20,000 nucleotides of DNA from Mesotaenium endlicherianum (Eukaryota), in contig WELA01003352.1 of assembly GCA_009602735.1 (NCBI GenBank), forward strand, positions 344,880 through 364,879, read 5' to 3'. The notes beneath the pieces are model-generated. The model had not been told where the DNA came from. It saw only the letters and a program-made list of their open reading frames with translations, and did not search any database. A program made the position numbers and the translations under genes. Below, one piece after another: positions 13,854-20,000 of the stretch. How positions within the stretch are numbered: position 1 is the first letter of the stretch; the number at the start of each line of letters is the position of its first letter.

Positions 13854-16800
13854 TCACACAACTGCAACCACCTGCTCCTCCTCCTCCTGCCGCCGCTGTC
13901 GCTGCTGCTGTCCTGACTCTTGCTCACTAATACCATCTGCAATATCAGCAGCCAAACCTGAGCCAGCACCCACACTCTCCTCCAATGGTAGTGAGGCGAG
14001 GCCCCTCGCATGGTTCTCGGGAAGGTGCGCATTGTCATCGTCGGCTGACGCGCTGGAGCTAGTGCTTGCCACGGCGAGGGCTTCCAGACGGGCGCGCTCG
14101 CGCCTCTGCGCGCTGCTATTGGACGGCCTTGCCACGTTGGCCGCCTTGTCGCGCTGTCGCCGCTGAACCTCCAGGTGGATGAGCAGCGCGCTGATGTCAG
14201 CGGGGTTCACGCCCCCGACACGTGTCGCCTGCCCGATGTTGATCGGCCGCACCTGCATCGCCGTCACCCGCCCCGGCCCCCCCGCCCCCGCCCCCGCCCC
14301 CGCAACAACAACGCAGCCGACAAAGAAGAAAGCATGAGGCTCGGGAGCGCCAATTGAGCCGGAGCCACATGGCAGCAGCCTGTTCCTGAGGTCAGCGGCC
14401 AGCTGAGAGGGCCCTACGCCCGGAGCACGCACATGGTCTGAGAGCAAAGAGAAGGTACACCGATCACAACGCCTCCGAGAGCCTGCCACGACTCTACGAC
14501 TCGGCGAGGAGGCTGATGGGCAGATGAACACACGCACCTTGGAGAGCTTCTCGCGCGCCTCCATGGAGAGCGTGGAGATGGCGTTGTAGTCGATGTGCGC
14601 GGGGATGGGCTTGTTGTGCTTCGCCGCCGTCTGCGTGCCATTGACCCCTCCCCCCCCCAACCCCCGCCACCACCACCATCGCTCCCCAATCCTTTCATTT
14701 GCTGCGCTCGTGCTGAATGCCAACACGGCATGGCCAGCTCGCTGGCAGCGTGGCCAAAATCGCGCTGACTGCCTACACGGTGCCGTTGCGCCTACCATCC
14801 GTGAAAACAAAGATTCTTCTGGCACATGAACCCTAACCTGCAAGAGGACCTCTGAACCTGTACCCGGACGACCACTGCCAGCGAGCGATGCCAGAAAACT
14901 GCCGGGTGTGAGGAGCACAACCCAGCAGCAGCACCAGAGGTGGCCACAGCAGGGGCAGAGGCAGAGGCGGAGGCAGCAGAGCTAGGGAAGGTTTGGGCAG
15001 CCTCCGGGGGGGGGGCAGGGGGGTGACCTGACCTGCTCCAGCTGCGTGTGCTGGCGCGCGATGAAGCCCTCGTACTTGAGCTCCGTCTCCACGCACTCCT
15101 TCTCCGCGCCCGTCAGCCGCGCGTCGCTGCCCCCCCACCCGTGCGCGTCGAGCACGCTGTAGTGCACGTGCGGCCGCCGCAGCAGGCTGTCCAGCGACGT
15201 GGCCGCCTTCAGCGCCTGCTTCGACAGCTCCGCGATCTCCGCCGCCGCCGGGTCATCCACTGGAAGGAGGGGCGATGGCGGCGGCAACGGTGCACGCGCA
15301 GCACGCACGGTGCACGCCACATGGCACGCACGGCACGCACGGCACAGCGCAACGGTATGTCAGGCAAGGGACGCGGCACGGCAGCCAGCACCGGGGCACT
15401 AAGGAAAAGAGAGTGTCAAGGTGCCGGACTAAGATTTCCACCTCCATTGCTGCCGCTGCCGCCGCCGCCGCCGCCGCGGTGGGAGCTTCCGCTGAAGGCG
15501 GCGGCGGTGCAACCGTCGACAATGGGCTGCCTGCGCTGCGCTAGGCTAGGCTACGCTGCGGGAGGATACCTACCGTATGAAAGGGCGGAGACTCCAGGGA
15601 GGTGCAAAGTTGGGGTACGGCGCTAAGGCATTCGTGCAGCACCGTCTGTGCAATTCTGGAAGCAGCACTGCAATGCTGACTGTATTCAGCATGCTACATT
15701 TGGGATCGACTATTACTCAACATGTGGGCGCATGCAGCGCCCCCTCCCCCTCCTTCCTTCTCCCATCCCCTCTCACCTCTCCCTTCTCCCCCCCNNNNNN
15801 NNNNNNNNNNNNNNNNNNNNNNNNNNNNNNNNNNNNNNNNNNNNNNNNNNNNNNNNNNNNNNNNNNNNNNNNNNNNNNNNNNNNNNNNNNNNNNNNNNNN
15901 NNNNNNNNNNNNNNNNNNNNNNNNNNNNNNNNNNNNNNNNNNNNNNNNNNNNNNNNNNNNNNNCCCCCCCCCTCTCTCTTTTTTGTGAAGCGCAAGGGGA
16001 GCTGCATCGACAACTGCATGAACTCTTTGTGCTGAAGGGGAGCCCCACCAAGCCCCAAGGCATTGGGGCATGCATTGGTGAACACATACTTGCACGCACG
16101 CGCACACACACACACGCACGCGCGCTCGTACAACTGACACCCAGACATGCACGCATATACATACATACAAGTACTGAAGACAGACATACAGAGAGACACA
16201 CAGAGATGAAGAACGCTGGCAGACAACAGCGTACCCCACTCCTTCGCTTAACTCTACCTGACGTAGAAATAGCCCTCAAGCCCGCCCCTCCCCCTTCCCA
16301 CCCGATAGTACTTGCATGCAGTCTTATCACCAGTCAGGAAAAAGACACACACATCGCAAAGACACCACATTGATCACAGATGAGACAGATAAGACATGCA
16401 AGTTATGGCGCAGACATCAGGCAAGCAATTACACTCAAAAAGCAAGACATTCTTCTTCTTCTTCTTCTTCCTTTTTTTCTCCTTCAAGTGAGAGCAGGCG
16501 CCCAGGCAGGGAGCTCTTCTGACCTGGCATGCGGGTGGTGGCGAGGCGCTGGCGCTCGGCGGCCATGCGCTGCATCTTGGCCTCGTGCATCTGCCAGCGC
16601 CGGTCGTCGATCAGCCCCATCTCGCGCCCCAGCGGCGTCAGGCGGCTGTCGGCGTTGTCCGCGCGCAGCAGCAGCCGGTACTCCGAGCGGCTGGCGACGT
16701 CGCCGTTGTCGTCCATGTCGTCGCGGTGACGTCGTGATGGTGTCATGATGATGTTGCCGTGGCGCCAGCCCAGGCAGGAAGTCAGCAGGCAGGCAGGCAT

Positions 16801-17112
16801 GTGATGGACACATGGGAGAGCATATCAATAAAGGAGGCACCTCTTTCTCTCTCTCTCTCTCTCTGTCTGTCTCTCACACAGCTTTTTCCTCTATTTCACT
16901 CCCTTTACTTTTTGTCTCCAACTGTGTGATGAGGAGAATGAGCCTGGTGCCCTTACATGAGATGGTTCCGGGCACACACAAACGAGGGCACGCGCACACA
17001 ATACCCATACACCTATATGGTATGCACTTGAACGCGTTGCAAGCCTGAGCACGCATGCTTGAATGTGCATGTGTCACAACAAGATTGTGTGCGTGTAGCC
17101 ATGCACACACGG

Positions 17113-17146
<34 letters not shown>

Positions 17147-19760
17147 CGTGACGACATACAAAAACTTGTACATGCATTTATGTCATATAATAAAAGACAA
17201 AAGTGCATGTGTGTGAGAGTGTGCGTGTATACAGGTGCCTTAGCACGCACACATTCACTCTTACGCAAGGCTCGAGTGCGCGCTTCTTTGACAAGCACTT
17301 GCGTGGGTGCGCCGCAAGCAATCGCAGTATAGCTGCCGCTGTCTCAAACATATTAAAGCCGCAGCTCAAACCATAATCTAATGACCTCAGACCAACGCAA
17401 CCCTGTTGAACGGCCACACTTCAAAACTATAAAACTTTTGGACTGAGAGAAACCCAAATCAAACTGCACACACTCCCGATACTACAGTCATACGACGACA
17501 CGCGCAGACCCCAGAGGCACAGCAAGGTCCTCCGGAGTGCTGCCACTTGTCCGTACCTGGTGAGCATGCGGTACGGCTCGCGGAGGTCCTTGGTGGCCAG
17601 GTCATCAATGAGCGTGCCCAGGTAGCTGCTCTCCCTGCTCAGGACAAGTGGCGTCTTCCCAGCGGCCACCCGTGCCGCGTTCACGCCTGCCCACAGACCC
17701 TGCAGTCACACGCGCGCCAGCCCCACGCCTCCCCCCAAACCCCCTATTCTAAGTAAGTGCACACGCCAACAACTTGTCTCAAGATTCTGAATCCCAATAT
17801 CCTGCAATTAACTCCTATATAACCACAGATTTAATTATACCAAGTAAAGTCCCGAAACACAGACGCACAATCAGAGTCCAAAATTCTGACACTGAGCGCA
17901 AGATCTAACCCTCAGCCAAGCATCCACGCCCAGGGAGCCCTGCTGTAATCAAACCTCAAAGACCCTGCTTGTAAACCCTACTTCCGCCCCAAAACATCAT
18001 TGACTCCAACCTACCCCAGGGCCTGGCGTGTTCTAGGAGGCCAGTCAACGCCCTCTCCGTGTGTGCGTATGCTGTGTGTGCTGTGTGCTGTGTGCTCTCT
18101 CGCATGTGAGCTCTTAACAGGTGCTCTTGCGTGCGGCCCCGGCCCCTATGGGCGGCAGTGTGAGCGTGCGTGCTGACTCTCCCGGGCGGCAGCACGAGCG
18201 TGAGCGAGTCTTTGGGCTGACTCACCTGGGCGGCGGCCTCCTCGTAGCCGGTGGTGCCGTTGATCTGCCCGCTGAAGAAGAGCCCCTGGATCTTCTTGGT
18301 CATGAGCGAGCGGTCGCACTGGTGAGCTGGCAGGTAGTCGTACTCCACCGCGTACGCCGGCCGCAGCATCGCGCACTTCTCTAGCCCCGGGAGCGTCCGC
18401 AGCAGCGCCAGCTGGAGCCGCTCAGGCAGCCCCGTGGAGAATCCCTGCACGAGGGGAGAGAGCAAAGAGCAGAGGGCAAAGGGCGCACAGTATGCTTCTT
18501 TCCTGAGGTCAGGAGTGAGACCCTCAGTGTGCAGTTTGCAGTTGGGGTCCTGGCACAGTATATATCGGGGTGAAAATGAGGCTTAAGAGTTTTGTAAGTA
18601 GTACAACATGGATTTGCTTTTTGGGGTTTGCAGCTCTAGCAGCCCCCAAAAAGAATCCCCAGGTGTAGAAGAAGAAAGGGGGCAGATTGGGGGATGAAAG
18701 GGAGGGAGAGGAAAAAGGAGAGGAAGAGTGGGAGAGGGAGAGGAAGAGTGAGAGTGGGACCAGGTACAGCAAACCCGCCAGCAGGGGTGATGAATTTGCC
18801 GGCAAGTGGCAGAACACTAGCTCCGGCCACTCGCTGGCAGCCATTTGGACTCATTATGACGGCCCTCCACCATGTCATGCTGTCGCTGAATCAGACTCCA
18901 GAGTGCCAGGCCGTGCTGGACAGGAAGCCTTACGATGCCCGCGTCGAACCAGTCAAAATCTTGTCTTAGCAATGGCCAAGCGAGCCCAGCATGCAGAGAT
19001 AGATTTGCATCCTACACCTTCAACTTCGACTGCGGTTACAACATTCTTTTTGCCTTTGAGTTTCACTTAAGCCTCTGCTTCAACTTCAACTTTGACTTCA
19101 ACTCTAGCTTTCAAGTTTGTTCACCCTTCAAATTCGACTTCAATCACTTGCCCTTTGAAAGACTCCGGCTTCGTCTTTTTAATTTCCACTTCAAAGAACC
19201 ACAAGACATGCGAGGTCCAGGGAAGAGGAGTGGGAAATGGGGCGTGGAGCTGGGAAAGTGACCGAGGGAAGGAGATGCAAGGTAAGGATGTCAAGAGTGT
19301 GACGGAGGTGCAGGTGGTGCGAGGGCCGGAGAAAGCGGATGTAGGGGCAGGTGAAGGCGCAGGGGTTGGATGAACCGGGCAGGCATTCGCACAAGGAGTT
19401 GAACACAGATGCCAGTGTTGCAAATGGGACCGTTTTACTGTTGTGAACGAGGGGAAAATGGCCCGTCCCAATGAAATTTGGTGGCTCGCACGAGAGCTAG
19501 CACGAGAGCGCGAGCTGGCGTGAAGCAAGCACAGGCGAGCAAGAGAGCTAGCACGTGCGTGGGCAAGATCGCCAGCATGAGAGAGCGCACGTGAGAGTGA
19601 GCGGAAGAGCAAGCGTGAGAGAGCGAGCGAGAATGAGAGCGAGAGAGCGAGAGAGTGTGAGAGCGAGATTGAGCCAGACCTGCACGTAGAGCTCGGGGAC
19701 GGAGCGGCCCTCGGGCTCCAGGAACACCTGGTGCGACTCCTTGTCCGCAAACCGCACGAT
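13854..19760 (-). CDS. mnmG: tRNA uridine-34 5-carboxymethylaminomethyl modification enzyme MnmG/GidA (plant organellar type), 5'-partial; exons 19680-19760, 18226-18444, 17557-17699, 16524-16690, 15033-15259, 14538-14630, 13854-14252
   Basis: GT-AG exons join in frame to give [19 protein letters not shown]...[10 protein letters not shown]...RPAYAVEYD...[20 protein letters not shown]...[10 protein letters not shown]...[26 protein letters not shown]...KYEGFI...[31 protein letters not shown]. These are hallmark GidA/MnmG motifs. Stop TGA at 13854-13856. Confidence 0.95.
15448..15477. repeat. (GCC/GCT)n trinucleotide run in mnmG intron
   Basis: tgctgccgctgccgccgccgccgccgccgc seen directly. Confidence 0.85.
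15795..15963. other. Assembly gap (169 N) inside mnmG intron, flanked by poly-C
   Basis: Run of N with C homopolymers on both sides. The flanking exons join in phase. Confidence 0.99.
16450..16470. repeat. (TTC)7 microsatellite
   Basis: Seen directly. Confidence 0.9.
16846..16875. repeat. (CT)n microsatellite
   Basis: Seen directly. Confidence 0.9.
17113..17140. repeat. (CA)14 microsatellite
   Basis: Seen directly. Confidence 0.95.
19580..19670. repeat. Degenerate GA-rich (GAGAGC-like) simple repeat next to an mnmG donor site
   Basis: gagagcgagcgagaatgagagcgagagagcgagagagtgtgagagcgaga seen directly. Confidence 0.8.
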
Positions 19761-20000
19761 CTGCCATCGCGCGCGCGCACAGACACACACACATACACAC
19801 ACAAACAGACACACATCGACCCACACACGGTCGGCGCAACCCCTCAAAGCCACGTTAACATCACTCCAGCGCAACAGCACACGTGCAGCGGGCGAGTAAC
19901 CTCAGCACGGAGGAATGCGGAGCTCCTATTTGAACAGATCCCCTCCCCTCTCCCCCCTCCCCCCTCTCCCACCACTGCTCCTTGCGCACCCCATCCGCCC

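Noticed and set aside
13854..14918. 354-aa ORF as a single-exon gene
   Set aside because: It is two mnmG exons plus stop-free intron sequence.
15577..16373. ORFs spanning the N gap; possible hidden mnmG exon
   Set aside because: The ORFs are artefacts of N and simple repeats. The flanking exons join in phase with a continuous MnmG-like sequence.
18502..18522. CCTGAGGTCAGGAGTGAGACC resembling the primate Alu core
   Set aside because: Only ~20 nt with a gap and no flanking Alu similarity, so a chance match rather than contamination.
19121..19880. Long minus-strand ORFs of 110-235 aa
   Set aside because: Translations of CT/GT simple repeats. Only 19680-19760 is a real mnmG exon.

Overview
Eukaryotic nuclear DNA from the plant lineage, most likely a streptophyte alga or early-diverging plant (inferred from gene structure and proteins). 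Left to right: (1) an intronless F-box-like/LRR gene (611-2170, +). (2) A complete 9-exon cytosolic triosephosphate isomerase gene (3022-6530, -, 252 aa), convergent with it. (3) A decayed Ty3/gypsy RT-RNase H fragment (~7320-8330, -) that stops abruptly at a ~2.85-kb segment bounded by LTR-like inverted ends (TATAACGATC...GGTCGTTACA, 8328-11180). This segment holds an apparently spliced ~380-430 aa orphan gene, a tRNA-like stretch, hairpins and a 52-bp-period repeat. (4) About 2.5 kb of unassigned DNA. (5) The last seven exons of a plant organellar MnmG/GidA gene (13854-19760, -, 5' end outside the window), with microsatellite-rich introns and a 169-N gap. The most interesting leads are the orphan-gene-carrying element and the mnmG introns that lack a polypyrimidine tract but have complementary ends. 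Both are by-eye hypotheses that need computation.
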